The notes: generated by a model not told the origin, from the letters alone. A stretch of DNA of 64,000 bases from Dehalococcoidia bacterium (GCA_045562675.1 JBJKVL010000001.1:55662-119661); one strand, 5' to 3'; counted from the first letter of the stretch, positions 28,221 to 40,246 are shown. Numbers and translations: made by a program.

Positions 28221-29542
28221 ATTGTGTCTAAAGCAATAATGTCTTCTATTGACTCTCGTCTTCTAATTAATTTGATTTGATTATCAGCATAGGAAATTAC
28301 TGCTGGCTTGTAAGCAAGATTATAATTTGATGCCATAGCCAATTGATACGCACCTGACATAGGCAAAATAATATACTCATCACGCATTAACTTTGGTAAG
28401 TAAATATCTTTAATTAAATAATCACCAGATTCACAATATTTACCAGCAATGGTTACCAAGTCATTAAATTCTCTATCTAGGCTTTCTAAAGGAAGAGCAA
28501 AATATTTTGCATCATATAGGGTAGGTCTTATATTATCAGACATACCCCCATCTACAGACAAATAAGTTCTAACATCCTTGATTGTCTTTCGTGAACCAAC
28601 TTTATAAATAGATAATCCAGCTCGTGCCATTAATGAACGACCTGGTTCAATAAATAATTTTGGTAGATCTATTGAATAGTTCTTGCAGTTAAACTTTATT
28701 GTTTCAGCAATAGCTAGGGCAAAATCATCAACTGATGGATTAATCATTCCTGGCTCAGAAATAACACCAAAGCCTCCTCCAGGAGAAAATTCATTAAATT
28801 CTAATTGATATTTATCAATGCAAATATCTTTAATAAATATAAACATTTTATTTATTGCTTCCTTATAAGGTTCAATAAAATTAATAGGGCTTCCTAAATG
28901 AGCATGTATTCCAGCAAAAAAAATATTTTTTTTGCTGGAAATTAATTCAATAGCTTTTTCAGCCGAACCATCATCCATATTTAAGCCAAACTTGGAATCT
29001 TTAAGTCCAGTAGTCGTTTTTTCATGAGTGTAAGGATCAATATTTGGCGTAACTCTTAACAAAACTTTTTGTTGTTGGTATTTGCTAGCAATATTATCTA
29101 CAATTTCAATTTCTTCTAAATTATCAATAATTATAGCGCCAATATTATTTGAGATTGCTAAATCGATTTCTTCAACAGTTTTATTATTACCATGAAAGTA
29201 AGCATTTTTAAGACTAATACTTGCGGAAAGTAACATTGACATTTCACCATGTGAAACAACATCAAATTTTACATTCATGGAGTTTAACATTTTTGCTAAA
29301 GGTAAATTTAAAAACACTTTGCAGGCATAAAGAATATCTAACTCTCCATAATGTTTTAAAAAAGCTTTGTGAAACTCATCATAATGTTCGTTGATAGTGT
29401 CAAAATCATACAAGTAAAGAGGGGAGCCAAATTCTTCAACAATATTGGTAATTTTTAAATCACCAATAATTAAATCATTGTCACTATCGATAGAGACATT
29501 TTTCGGAAACAAACCAGATACTAATTCTTTACTATTATTCAT
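28217..29542 (-). CDS. lysA: diaminopimelate decarboxylase
   Basis: SPLYLYD, YACK, FHGNNK, SKFG, HAHLGS, IEPGRS, DNIRP, GKYCESGD, GAY..MASNYN. Confidence 0.95.
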   Translation of the reverse strand: MNNSKELVSGLFPKNVSIDSDNDLIIGDLKITNIVEEFGSPLYLYDFDTINEHYDEFHKAFLKHYGELDILYACKVFLNLPLAKMLNSMNVKFDVVSHGEMSMLLSASISLKNAYFHGNNKTVEEIDLAISNNIGAIIIDNLEEIEIVDNIASKYQQQKVLLRVTPNIDPYTHEKTTTGLKDSKFGLNMDDGSAEKAIELISSKKNIFFAGIHAHLGSPINFIEPYKEAINKMFIFIKDICIDKYQLEFNEFSPGGGFGVISEPGMINPSVDDFALAIAETIKFNCKNYSIDLPKLFIEPGRSLMARAGLSIYKVGSRKTIKDVRTYLSVDGGMSDNIRPTLYDAKYFALPLESLDREFNDLVTIAGKYCESGDYLIKDIYLPKLMRDEYIILPMSGAYQLAMASNYNLAYKPAVISYADNQIKLIRRRESIEDIIALDTI

Positions 29543-29569
29543 AGAGCTCCATAAATTTATTTAAATGAA

Positions 29570-30559
29570 CTATATTACTTTCCATTTATCTTGATCAATC
29601 TTTAATTGAATTTTATTCAACACTTTTAATCTATGTAAATGAGAACGTATTTGATTTAGTGCAGAATTTTTTAATCCTTTTTGTAAATTTGGATAAATTG
29701 CATCCAATAAATCAGAATCTAGTTTATGTCCCTGATCAATCAGATCAATAATTTGTTTTTCACGCTTTAATCTATGCAGTATTAACTTATTAATCTTCTG
29801 CTTTGGATTTGTAATAACATTACCATGACCTGGTGCAATGTATTTTAATTTATATCTATTGAGTTTTTTTAGACTTTTCAAATATAAATTCATATCCCCA
29901 TTTGGAGGTGCTGAAATACTGACTGTATCATATCCTAAAATAGTATCACCAGAAAAAAGTATTCTTTCATTGCGAAATAAATAACAAATAGAGCCTAAAG
30001 TATGACCTGGAGTATGCAATGCTTCTATATTCAAATTACCAATATTGATTTGATAGCCATGTTCAATATATTTACTGATTGGAGTCTGAACTTTTTCATC
30101 TTCCCATTTTTGTCTTTTTTTCCTATATCTTACTGGAATATCATCGCTTTCAGTTCTTGTTTTTAACATCTTTTTTTCTTGCTTATGAATAAGGACTTTT
30201 GAATTAAAAATTTCTGACAATTGCCTTGCTCCAGAGGAATGGTCTGAGTGATGATGAGTTAATAAAACATAATGGATTTTTATATTTGGTAAATAATTAT
30301 TAATATAATTTTTTAGAGATAAAAAAGATGTACGATCTCCAAATCCAGAATCAACCAAAATAGCATCATTATTAGAATATACAATCCAAGTGTTTGAAGC
30401 AGGAAAACCTTTTATAAATTGAAAATTTTTTACTGTATGTTGAATTACAGAAGTTGTAAGGTGTTTAACAATATATTTATCAGAATATAAATTGCTTTTC
30501 TTTTTCAAAATCAAGCCTATGTAATTAATAATTTTTTTATTATTTATAACATAAAACAA
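29570..30559 (-). CDS. metallo-beta-lactamase fold hydrolase with C-terminal winged helix (LACTB2-like); true start probably internal
   Basis: THHHSDH, HTPGHT, LFSGD, APGHG. Confidence 0.85.
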   Translation of the reverse strand: MFYVINNKKIINYIGLILKKKSNLYSDKYIVKHLTTSVIQHTVKNFQFIKGFPASNTWIVYSNNDAILVDSGFGDRTSFLSLKNYINNYLPNIKIHYVLLTHHHSDHSSGARQLSEIFNSKVLIHKQEKKMLKTRTESDDIPVRYRKKRQKWEDEKVQTPISKYIEHGYQINIGNLNIEALHTPGHTLGSICYLFRNERILFSGDTILGYDTVSISAPPNGDMNLYLKSLKKLNRYKLKYIAPGHGNVITNPKQKINKLILHRLKREKQIIDLIDQGHKLDSDLLDAIYPNLQKGLKNSALNQIRSHLHRLKVLNKIQLKIDQDKWKVI

Positions 30560-30603
30560 CTGATAAAATTATTCATATTTTTGATATATTAAATAATTAA
30601 ATT

Positions 30604-31479
30604 ATGAATAACTATAAAAAATTTTATGATGGACTATTCTTATGGCATCAAAATAACAAAATTGCATTCCCGTGGCAAAATCGAAATGACCCATATTATG
30701 CCTTTGTAGCTGGGTATTGTGCTCAGCAAACACAGATAGCTAGAGTTATAACAATTTGGAAAAGCTTAATTAAAACATTTCCAACAATTTCAAACGTTGC
30801 CAATGCAAGTAATGCAGAATTATTAAAGATATGGGGTAACGCTGGTTACCCAAGAAGAGTTATTAATATGAAAAGGTCAGCTCAGATTATCATGACAGAA
30901 TATAATGGTTTGATCCCAAATAATTTTGAACAATTAAAAGAACTCCCTGGTATTGGAGACTATACTGCATCAGTAATTTTAGCTTTTGGATACCAAAAAG
31001 ATATAGCTGCCATTGATATAAATTTTATGAGAATATTAAGTAGATATTTTTTTGGAAAGGAAGAAATAAAAAAAGAAGAACTAAATAATATATTGAAAAA
31101 ATTGAATAAAAAAGACTCATTCCATTTTTGGAATCCAGCAATCATGGACTTTGGATCATTAATATGCAAGGCAAAACCTAAATGTGAAAAATGTATTTTT
31201 AATCAAAAATGTATAAGCTATACAGAAAATCTACTGATAAATAAACAATCAAAAAGGAAAAATTACCTAGGTTCAAATAGATTTTTTAGAGGAAAAATAT
31301 TACTTATACTAAGAGAAACAAAGACTAATAAAATTGAAAAAACAAAATTAAGACAAGAAGTCAAAGATTTTAAAATTAATAAAGCAGTTTACAGAGAAGT
31401 AATATCTGAATTAGAAAAAGATGAATTGATTTCAATAAAAAATAATTACATATATCTAGGCAACTATAAAGAAAAATAA
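30604..31479 (+). CDS. mutY: MutY-like HhH-GPD DNA glycosylase (short form)
   Basis: QQTQI, GYPRR, LPGIGDYTA, IDIN, 4Fe-4S cysteines; C-terminal GSNRFFRG wHTH-like tail instead of a NUDIX-like domain. Confidence 0.8.
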   Translation: MNNYKKFYDGLFLWHQNNKIAFPWQNRNDPYYAFVAGYCAQQTQIARVITIWKSLIKTFPTISNVANASNAELLKIWGNAGYPRRVINMKRSAQIIMTEYNGLIPNNFEQLKELPGIGDYTASVILAFGYQKDIAAIDINFMRILSRYFFGKEEIKKEELNNILKKLNKKDSFHFWNPAIMDFGSLICKAKPKCEKCIFNQKCISYTENLLINKQSKRKNYLGSNRFFRGKILLILRETKTNKIEKTKLRQEVKDFKINKAVYREVISELEKDELISIKNNYIYLGNYKEK

Positions 31480-33189
<1,710 letters not shown>

Positions 33190-33194
33190 TTAAA

Positions 33195-33500
33195 CTAAGA
33201 CTTTTTAGTTTTACTTGATGTACCAACACGAGCCAAAATGTCTGATGCTCGAACTATAATATATTCTTCCCATTCTGTGCCAGCAAATTTCTGGTATATA
33301 ACAACATCACCAGATTTAAGATCAACTTTTTCAATTGTTCCTGAATCATTTGTTTTACCTGGGCCAACAGCAATAACTTTTCCTTCTTGAGATTTTTCTT
33401 TAGCTGAATCAGGTATTACAAGACCAGACACAGATACCTCTTCTTCTAAAATAGGCTCCAACACAACATAATCAGAAAGAGGGGATAATTTATCACTCAT
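33195..33500 (-). CDS. groS: co-chaperonin GroES
   Basis: PLSDYVV, SGLVIPDSAKEK, VIAVGPG, KFAGTE, DILA. Confidence 0.97.
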   Translation of the reverse strand: MSDKLSPLSDYVVLEPILEEEVSVSGLVIPDSAKEKSQEGKVIAVGPGKTNDSGTIEKVDLKSGDVVIYQKFAGTEWEEYIIVRASDILARVGTSSKTKKS

Positions 33501-33579
33501 CTAATACTCCTAAGATTTAATTAACGTCATTTTACATTGCTTAAATAAAAAAAAATGTGGGCTTTAAGCAAAGGAAAGT

Positions 33580-33606
33580 TTAGCACTCCAAATAATGGAG
33601 TGCTAG
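33580..33606 (-). promoter_or_regulatory. CIRCE element (HrcA operator)
   Basis: Plus strand TTAGCACTC-caaataatg-GAGTGCTAG; one mismatch to TTAGCACTC-N9-GAGTGCTAA; upstream of groES. Confidence 0.95.
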
Positions 33607-33628
33607 TGCTAGAGAAAAAAATTATTTT

Positions 33629-34631
33629 CTATTTTTTATCTAGGAAAAGTTCACCCCTTGTCATAGTGGAGTAAATATCCATGATTGTTTCAGGGAGAAT
33701 AGCTTGATCAATATGATTTGATGCAGCTGCGCCTATCATAGCCGCATTATCAGTGCATAGAATTGGAGCAGGAATATATACCGGAATTTTACTTTTTTGC
33801 AAAAAACGATCACGTAAATTTTTGTTGGCAGCAACTCCACCTGCAATAATAATTGACTTAGCATTGAGATCGGCAGCGGCGGCAAATGTTTTTCTTGTTA
33901 ATACATCTACAACTGAGTCTTGAAATGCCCATGCGATTTCATTGGCTGATTTATTTGATTCAGTTTTAATATAATTTAGTACAGCAGTTTTTAGTCCAGA
34001 AAAAGAGAAATCATATGTACCCCGTAACCATGCACGTGGAAATTGTAAATTCATAACCTCGGCTTCACTTGCAAGTTTAGATATTGCAGGACCCCCTGGA
34101 TAACCAGCTTCCAACATACGACTTACTTTATCGAATGCTTCACCAGCAGCATCATCACGTGTTCCTCCTAAGCGCTCAAAGAGAAAAATTATTTTTCACA
34201 AGGATTAATTCAGTATGACCTCCAGAAACAACCAAGGCAACTGCAGGTAATTCAGGAGATTTACTATCTAACCAATTTGCTGCAATATGACCCTCTATGT
34301 GATCTACAGGAATAAATGGTTTTGAAAGAGCATATGCCATTGAGCGCGCAAAGGAAAACCCAACAATCAAAGCTCCAGGCAATCCTGGACCCATTGTAGA
34401 AGCAATATAATCAATATCATCTAGTTTGACCTCAGCAATCTCAAGTGCTTTATCAGATAGCTGTGAAATGCACTTTAAGTGCTCCCGAGCAGCTACTTCA
34501 GGAACGATCCCGCCTGTTTTATTATGAATCATTACTTGAGATTCAACTAAATTAGAAAGAATCATTTCTCCGTCTTTAATAACAGCTACACTAGTTTCAT
34601 CACATGATGTTTCAAAAGCAAGAATTTGCAT
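33629..34631 (-). pseudogene. tsaD: tRNA t6A threonylcarbamoyltransferase TsaD, split by a 1-nt frameshift near 34176-34196 (probably sequencing error)
   Basis: ORF1: ETSCDET, GGIVPEVAAREH, HIEGH, VSGGHT. Shifted frame continues FERLGGTRDDAAGEAFDKV into ORF2: YPGGP, FSFSGLKT, GGVAAN, CTDNAAMI. Confidence 0.92.
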
Positions 34632-34647
34632 CGTAGACCCTAACTAT

Positions 34648-36633
34648 TCAGTCACTAACTTCAATTTCAAAAATTGATGAACTAGTTAAAGCATAAAGAT
34701 TTTGATTGTTTGAATCATAAAAAATTGATTTTAAATCTTTAAAATCTTTATTTACCCATTGCCTCTTAAAATATTTATGCTGACTACATTCAATGATTCG
34801 ATTTCTTTCATTATCAGCAATAAAAATATGTTCATTAGATACACCAAATATAACATCTGTAATTTTTGATGGAAATTCATCTATTCCTAGACACAAAAAT
34901 TCAGTAAGCGCACTATCGTACGTCCAAATATTATTTGATGAGAATAAAAGTAACTTTTGATTCAAATCAATACCAGAAATGATATCTTCTAGCTTAATAA
35001 GACTACTCAATTTAATAGATTCATTTTGTTGATTATTCTGTAATCTTGAAAATAAAATTACTCCCATTTGAGAATCAAAAATATACAATTCATCATCAAA
35101 AATTTCTAAATCATCGATAGAACTGATATTGGATGAAAAAGATTCTAGAGTATAAATTTCTAGTGTATTATTTAATTTTTTTACATATAAATTATTATTA
35201 CCATCTAAAATAAATAATTTTTTTCTAAATTTATCATATGAAATATGCGTAGGTGCATCTAATAGAATGTCATTAATAAAAGTGCCTTGTCTAAAAATTT
35301 CTATAAATGAACTATCATTAATAGTATATTGAAAAATTCTTCCACTACCACTATCTAAAATCCACAATAAATTTGAATTAGATAATAATTTGATTGGGAA
35401 AAAAGAATTAGCAAAATTATTTTCAAAAACTAGCAATTTATTTGAATTTGAGATTAAAGAAATATTATTTAATAATTTTTCTCTATTTTTGATTTCTGAA
35501 TTCAATGATTCAAACTTATCATTAAATTCAAAAACTGAACCTTCCTCAATTAAAAGTAAAGCTTCAGTAAGAATTTGCCGTTGAGACGCCTTATCTTGAT
35601 TTTCATCTAATAAATCATATTCATTAATTAATTGCTCAATATTACTATTGATGTTACTAATTCTGTCATTTTTGATATCACCATAAAATAGTGAATTGAA
35701 AACAAGAAGTATAAAAATACCTAAGCCAATGATCGCAGATAAGAAGCCTAATACATTCACAATATTAATTCTTAGTTTCGAAATAGGGAAAATAGGAAAA
35801 CTGTATTGAGAAATTTTAAAAAAATTAGAAGACCAGTTAAATCTATTTATGGAACTATTTAATTGATTGTTGGTCTCGATCTTATTATCATCCATGAGTA
35901 TTTCTGCATTACTTCTATTTTTATGAACATCTAATTCAAGTTGTACAGATTTCTGCTCTAAATAAAATGCTCCTTGAGGAATTTTTGGTTTATCTGCTAC
36001 CTGCGCCATATAACAAACGCTCAGATTATCAAAAGCTCTTACACGATTAAATAGATCACTTAAAGACCTCTCAACGCCCCCTTTCAAAATCATATTTATT
36101 TCTGTTTGGCTAATCTCTGATGCTATTTGCTCAGAGCTAACAATTAAATCATTAGTTAAAAAATTAACTTTTGTAAACAATGGTTGAAATTTATTCTGAG
36201 ATCCTAATGGGTCGCTATTTTCAACATTATATATATTGGGCTGTTTAATTTTTGTTTTTTCAATCGAGGCAATATAATTTGAACCAGCATTAGCAATTAA
36301 TATTTGATCATTGGAAATAATAAAACACGAAAGACTGATCTGGACTTTATGTTCTTGAAGAGAATTTTGGTTCCATTTTACTACTTGCATATTTGCATTA
36401 TTTAGTGCTTTTAATATTCTTCCAGTTATAGAAAAACTGCTATTGACAAAATCAGTTAAGACTGATGACATGATTTCTTTACAAAAAGAATCTGAATCAC
36501 TGTTATTTGGTTGACTAAATATAATAATCCTGTTAAATAACTGATTATTTACTTCCGAGTGATCTAGAATATACTTATTATTTTCTTGAATATTACCATC
36601 TTGAATATGGAAAGAACCAACCCAATTAACCAT
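34648..36633 (-). CDS. hypothetical bitopic membrane protein (PP2C-like N-domain, TM, beta-propeller-like C-domain)
   Basis: 661 aa ORF; central TM (VNVLGFLSAIIGLGIFILLVF); C-terminal repeats LWILDSGSGRIFQY, LFILDGNNNLY, LYIFDSQMGVI, IFIADNERNRIIE, LYALTSSSIFE. Confidence 0.65.
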   Translation of the reverse strand: MVNWVGSFHIQDGNIQENNKYILDHSEVNNQLFNRIIIFSQPNNSDSDSFCKEIMSSVLTDFVNSSFSITGRILKALNNANMQVVKWNQNSLQEHKVQISLSCFIISNDQILIANAGSNYIASIEKTKIKQPNIYNVENSDPLGSQNKFQPLFTKVNFLTNDLIVSSEQIASEISQTEINMILKGGVERSLSDLFNRVRAFDNLSVCYMAQVADKPKIPQGAFYLEQKSVQLELDVHKNRSNAEILMDDNKIETNNQLNSSINRFNWSSNFFKISQYSFPIFPISKLRINIVNVLGFLSAIIGLGIFILLVFNSLFYGDIKNDRISNINSNIEQLINEYDLLDENQDKASQRQILTEALLLIEEGSVFEFNDKFESLNSEIKNREKLLNNISLISNSNKLLVFENNFANSFFPIKLLSNSNLLWILDSGSGRIFQYTINDSSFIEIFRQGTFINDILLDAPTHISYDKFRKKLFILDGNNNLYVKKLNNTLEIYTLESFSSNISSIDDLEIFDDELYIFDSQMGVILFSRLQNNQQNESIKLSSLIKLEDIISGIDLNQKLLLFSSNNIWTYDSALTEFLCLGIDEFPSKITDVIFGVSNEHIFIADNERNRIIECSQHKYFKRQWVNKDFKDLKSIFYDSNNQNLYALTSSSIFEIEVSD

Positions 36634-36708
36634 AATTAACTTTTCAATATATGAACAAATAAAATAAACTAAACTTAATAAATAATAATACTATCGATCA
36701 AGATAGAA

Positions 36709-37044
36709 TTGGTTAGAAAAATGAAAAAACAAAATAATATTGAAAGCTTAGAAAAAAAACTTAGAAAATTATTAAAAGAGAAATCCCCCTTGCCACCTTT
36801 AAACAACGCTTTTTTTATCAATGGTTTAGAAATTAATGTTAATCATGAAATAGACAAAGGGAAATATGTGATTTTATTAGAAGACGGTAAATTTTACGAA
36901 TTACTAATAGAAATTGATTCGTTATCAAGTGGAAATTTAGATATTTTAGCAAATAGAAATGAGCAAATTATTCCAATAGATTTTACTCGAGATGAAAAAA
37001 TTATTTATATAAATGCAGCATTAGAAAGCTTAAAGTCTTTTTAA
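36709..37044 (+). CDS. hypothetical protein
   Basis: 111 aa ORF filling the gap between flanking genes; no motif recognised. Confidence 0.55.
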   Translation: MVRKMKKQNNIESLEKKLRKLLKEKSPLPPLNNAFFINGLEINVNHEIDKGKYVILLEDGKFYELLIEIDSLSSGNLDILANRNEQIIPIDFTRDEKIIYINAALESLKSF

Positions 37045-37515
37045 TTATTTGTTAGCTTTATAGTCACCACTTTTACCGCCACGTTTTTCTAATAATCTAA
37101 TATTTCTTAATTCAACACTATGACTAATTGACTTGGTCATATCATAAATTGTCAATCCTGCTATCGAAACTGCAGCTAATGCTTCCATTTCAACGCCTGT
37201 TTTATAAAATGATTCTACCACTGATGTAATTTTTATCACTGGCGAATTATCTTGAATATTTGGTAATACAATTTCTACATCTGCATTGCTAACTGGAATA
37301 GCATGACAAAGCGGTATCATTTCGTGAGTTTTTTTTACCGCTAAAATACCAGCAAGTTTAGCTGCCGCAATGATATCTCCCTTTGGTAAACTGCGATTAT
37401 TAATTTTATCAATAATTTCTTGATTAACAACTACTTCACACATTGCTGACGCATATCTATTTGACGATTCCTTATTTGAAATATCTGACATATTAATTGA
37501 TTGCTCTTCACTCAA
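37045..37515 (-). CDS. moaC: cyclic pyranopterin monophosphate synthase
   Basis: KGD, IPLCH, KTGVEMEAL, TIYDMTK, LLEKRGGKSG. Confidence 0.95.
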   Translation of the reverse strand: MSEEQSINMSDISNKESSNRYASAMCEVVVNQEIIDKINNRSLPKGDIIAAAKLAGILAVKKTHEMIPLCHAIPVSNADVEIVLPNIQDNSPVIKITSVVESFYKTGVEMEALAAVSIAGLTIYDMTKSISHSVELRNIRLLEKRGGKSGDYKANK

Positions 37516-37530
37516 AATAACCTCCTAAAG

Positions 37531-38538
37531 TTAACCGCCTATATATGGCATTTCTATCTTATTACTGTCTGATGACAAAATACTTTGATTTCTTAATTCA
37601 GAATATCTGTCTTTGCGATTTGACCATATAGAATTAATAAAATCCATAATTTGTTCATCCGGAAGATTGGTGCGTATTTTTTCTTTTAAATCAAAACCAC
37701 TTAAGGAAAACAGGCAAGTATATAATTTGCCCTCTGAAGATAATCTAATCCGAGTGCAATCATTACAAAAAGGCTCAGTAACAGAAGAAATAAATCCAAA
37801 TTCAAGAGAATTATCTTGAATTTCATACCTATTTGCAACTTCACCAAAGTAATTTTTTTCTAGTTTTTTAATATTATAATTGCCCTCTATCATCTGGAGA
37901 ATCTCCTGTGATTGTACAACGGAAGTTTTATTCCAATCATTTGTACTGCCCACATCCATAAATTCTATAAAACGAATCACTATATTTGAATGTCTAAAAT
38001 ATTCAATCATTTCTAAGATATGTTTATCATTTATACCTCTTTTAACCACTACATTAACCTTAACCTTAAGTCCGACTTCTATAGATTTTTCAATGCCTTT
38101 TAAAACATCTTCATAAGAATAATTGCTGTCACTAAGCATCTTAAAAATTTTATCATCTACTGCATCAAGACTGACCGTGATACGTCTTAATCCAGAATCA
38201 AATAATTGTTCAGCTTGTTGCTTTAATAAAACTCCATTTGTTGTAAGCGCAATATCAATTGCATCTATATTATTTAGCTTCTCAATTAACTTATACAAAT
38301 TTTTTCTTAATAAAGGCTCTCCGCCTGTAATGCGAATTTTGTGTATTCCAAGAGAAACAAAAATTTTTGTTATTCGATGAATTTCTTCAAAAGATAAAAT
38401 TTCATTTTTGTTTAAGTAATTATAATCATTATTATATATTTCTTTAGGCATACAATAAGTGCATCTAAAATTACACCGATCAGTTACTGATATTCTTAGG
38501 TCTCTAAGTGGCCTATTTAATGAATCATATATATCCAT
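37531..38538 (-). CDS. moaA: GTP 3',8-cyclase
   Basis: LRISVTDRCNFRCTYCMP, RITGGEPLLR, FCNDCTRIRL...YTCLF, C-terminal IGG. Confidence 0.97.
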   Translation of the reverse strand: MDIYDSLNRPLRDLRISVTDRCNFRCTYCMPKEIYNNDYNYLNKNEILSFEEIHRITKIFVSLGIHKIRITGGEPLLRKNLYKLIEKLNNIDAIDIALTTNGVLLKQQAEQLFDSGLRRITVSLDAVDDKIFKMLSDSNYSYEDVLKGIEKSIEVGLKVKVNVVVKRGINDKHILEMIEYFRHSNIVIRFIEFMDVGSTNDWNKTSVVQSQEILQMIEGNYNIKKLEKNYFGEVANRYEIQDNSLEFGFISSVTEPFCNDCTRIRLSSEGKLYTCLFSLSGFDLKEKIRTNLPDEQIMDFINSIWSNRKDRYSELRNQSILSSDSNKIEMPYIGG

Positions 38539-38554
38539 ATATACCTCAAATATA

Positions 38555-39139
38555 TTACATAGCTTCTAATAAAGATTTTACTGCTAATCCACGATGACTA
38601 ATTTCATGTTTTTTTTCACCATATTCAGCCATAGTTTTACCATTGTTTAATTGAAAAATCGGATCATATCCAAATCCATTTTCACCTCTTGGCTCTAATG
38701 TGATATTCCCTCTAATATTTCCTTCTCTTATAAATGTTTGAGCTTTATAAAATCTAACTATCAATACTGCCTTAAAAACTGCACGCCTTTGATTGTCTGA
38801 TGTATGAGTTAATAACTTAATCAAGAACTTATTTCTTTGTTGATCATTATTTACATTAGGCCCGCCAAATCTTGCTGAAAATATTCCGGGCTGTCCATTT
38901 AAATAATCAACCTCTAATCCAGAATCATCAGCAAGTATCGGCAAATGTGTATACTTTTCATATGCTTCAATTTTATATAATGCATTTTGCATATAAGAAT
39001 TTCCATGTTCTGCGATATTTAATGTTTGCACGCCAATAGATTGCGGAGAAACTATCTCCCATTCAGATTTAGCAAACAAAAATTGCATTTCAGATAATTT
39101 ATGTTTGTTCGATGACGCAAATAAAATTGGTTTTTTCAA
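38555..39139 (-). CDS. rdgB: non-canonical purine NTP pyrophosphatase (Ham1/RdgB)
   Basis: SSNKHK, ADDSGL, PGIFSARF, GFGYDPIF, ISHRG. Confidence 0.95.
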   Translation of the reverse strand: MKKPILFASSNKHKLSEMQFLFAKSEWEIVSPQSIGVQTLNIAEHGNSYMQNALYKIEAYEKYTHLPILADDSGLEVDYLNGQPGIFSARFGGPNVNNDQQRNKFLIKLLTHTSDNQRRAVFKAVLIVRFYKAQTFIREGNIRGNITLEPRGENGFGYDPIFQLNNGKTMAEYGEKKHEISHRGLAVKSLLEAM

Positions 39140-39151
39140 AATTGAATTACT

Positions 39152-40246
39152 CTAAATTTCTGACCATCTTTTATTTAATTTCTCAGCAACAGTTGGCATA
39201 GTCGTATACTCCATCTCGTCAAGCGGCAATCTATGTGGTTCAAAAGGACCATGCTTACGAAGATAATCAGAAATATTATTTGCTTCAGTTCTTGCATTAT
39301 CGAATGAAGGATCATCGAACATATCTCTGGGCCCAATTAACTTACCATCAGCTAATTGAAAGCCTAGCGCAACTACTCTAGGTGGACCATCAAATCTAGA
39401 TGGATTTGCTTCATCCAAAGAAACAGGCATCCAAGGACCATAATGAGAGCCCCTCATGAATCCCTCAACAGTCCAAGCAGTTGTAAATGCTTCCAAAACT
39501 TCTCCTACAGCTGGAAAATCACCCTGACATCTTACAATGGCAGTTGGATCATCTTTCCCAACATACCGACCAGCAATTTCAGAAAGCTTGTCTGTAGACG
39601 AAACACATGCAATTGAATTGCTAGTCCGACTTACAATTCGTTTAACTGCATAGCGCGCTGGAGAACCTATAAAAACAAGTAGATCATAAATCTCTTCAGG
39701 AGAATTTAAAATAATTTTTTTATGTTCTTTGACATCATGTACTTCAAAAGCAAAGCCTTGGTGCAGAGATTCTGATATTACAAGTCCAGCAGTATTAAAA
39801 GGATCAGCAAACATCTTATAAAATGGCAAATTAAAAGAACCTGCAGAAGTCTTGTCACCCATAAAAATAATCACGGGTTCAGATGGCCTTTCTTCATATT
39901 CTAATTCAGCAGAACCTGGACCAGCACCTTTAATATTTCCAGAAAAAGCATCCACTAGTAGATCTTGTCCTGCACCATATAAATGAAGCTTCTTTGCTAC
40001 TTCAGTTCCATCTATAAAAGAGTCCCATGCAAATTTATGTACATCTTTATTATCTTCACCATTATCATGCGACATAATTAAAAAAGCATCATCACCACAA
40101 GCATAAACTTGCCCATCAATCAATAATGATTTGTTAACTGCCTCTTCCATTTTTTCTCTTAACAAATCCATGACATCAGGATGCATACCAGAATGACCAA
40201 CAAAACCGCCTATGTCAGCTTTAATTACACTTAGTGTTCTTACCAT
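39152..40246 (-). CDS. fbp: bifunctional fructose-1,6-bisphosphate aldolase/phosphatase (FBPase class V)
   Basis: SVIKADIGG.VGH, GDD, LYGAGQDLL.DAFSGN, DKTSAG, FADPFNTAGLVI, YVGKDDP, GFMRGSH, RFDGPPRV, HGPFEPHRL, EYTT. Confidence 0.96.
   Translation of the reverse strand: MVRTLSVIKADIGGFVGHSGMHPDVMDLLREKMEEAVNKSLLIDGQVYACGDDAFLIMSHDNGEDNKDVHKFAWDSFIDGTEVAKKLHLYGAGQDLLVDAFSGNIKGAGPGSAELEYEERPSEPVIIFMGDKTSAGSFNLPFYKMFADPFNTAGLVISESLHQGFAFEVHDVKEHKKIILNSPEEIYDLLVFIGSPARYAVKRIVSRTSNSIACVSSTDKLSEIAGRYVGKDDPTAIVRCQGDFPAVGEVLEAFTTAWTVEGFMRGSHYGPWMPVSLDEANPSRFDGPPRVVALGFQLADGKLIGPRDMFDDPSFDNARTEANNISDYLRKHGPFEPHRLPLDEMEYTTMPTVAEKLNKRWSEI

Noticed and set aside
29570-30559. Metallo-beta-lactamase as an antibiotic resistance gene
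   Set aside because: No signal peptide; architecture fits the housekeeping LACTB2/glyoxalase II-like group.
34176-34196. Programmed ribosomal frameshift in tsaD
   Set aside because: No canonical slippery heptamer with stimulatory structure seen; a homopolymer indel error is simpler.
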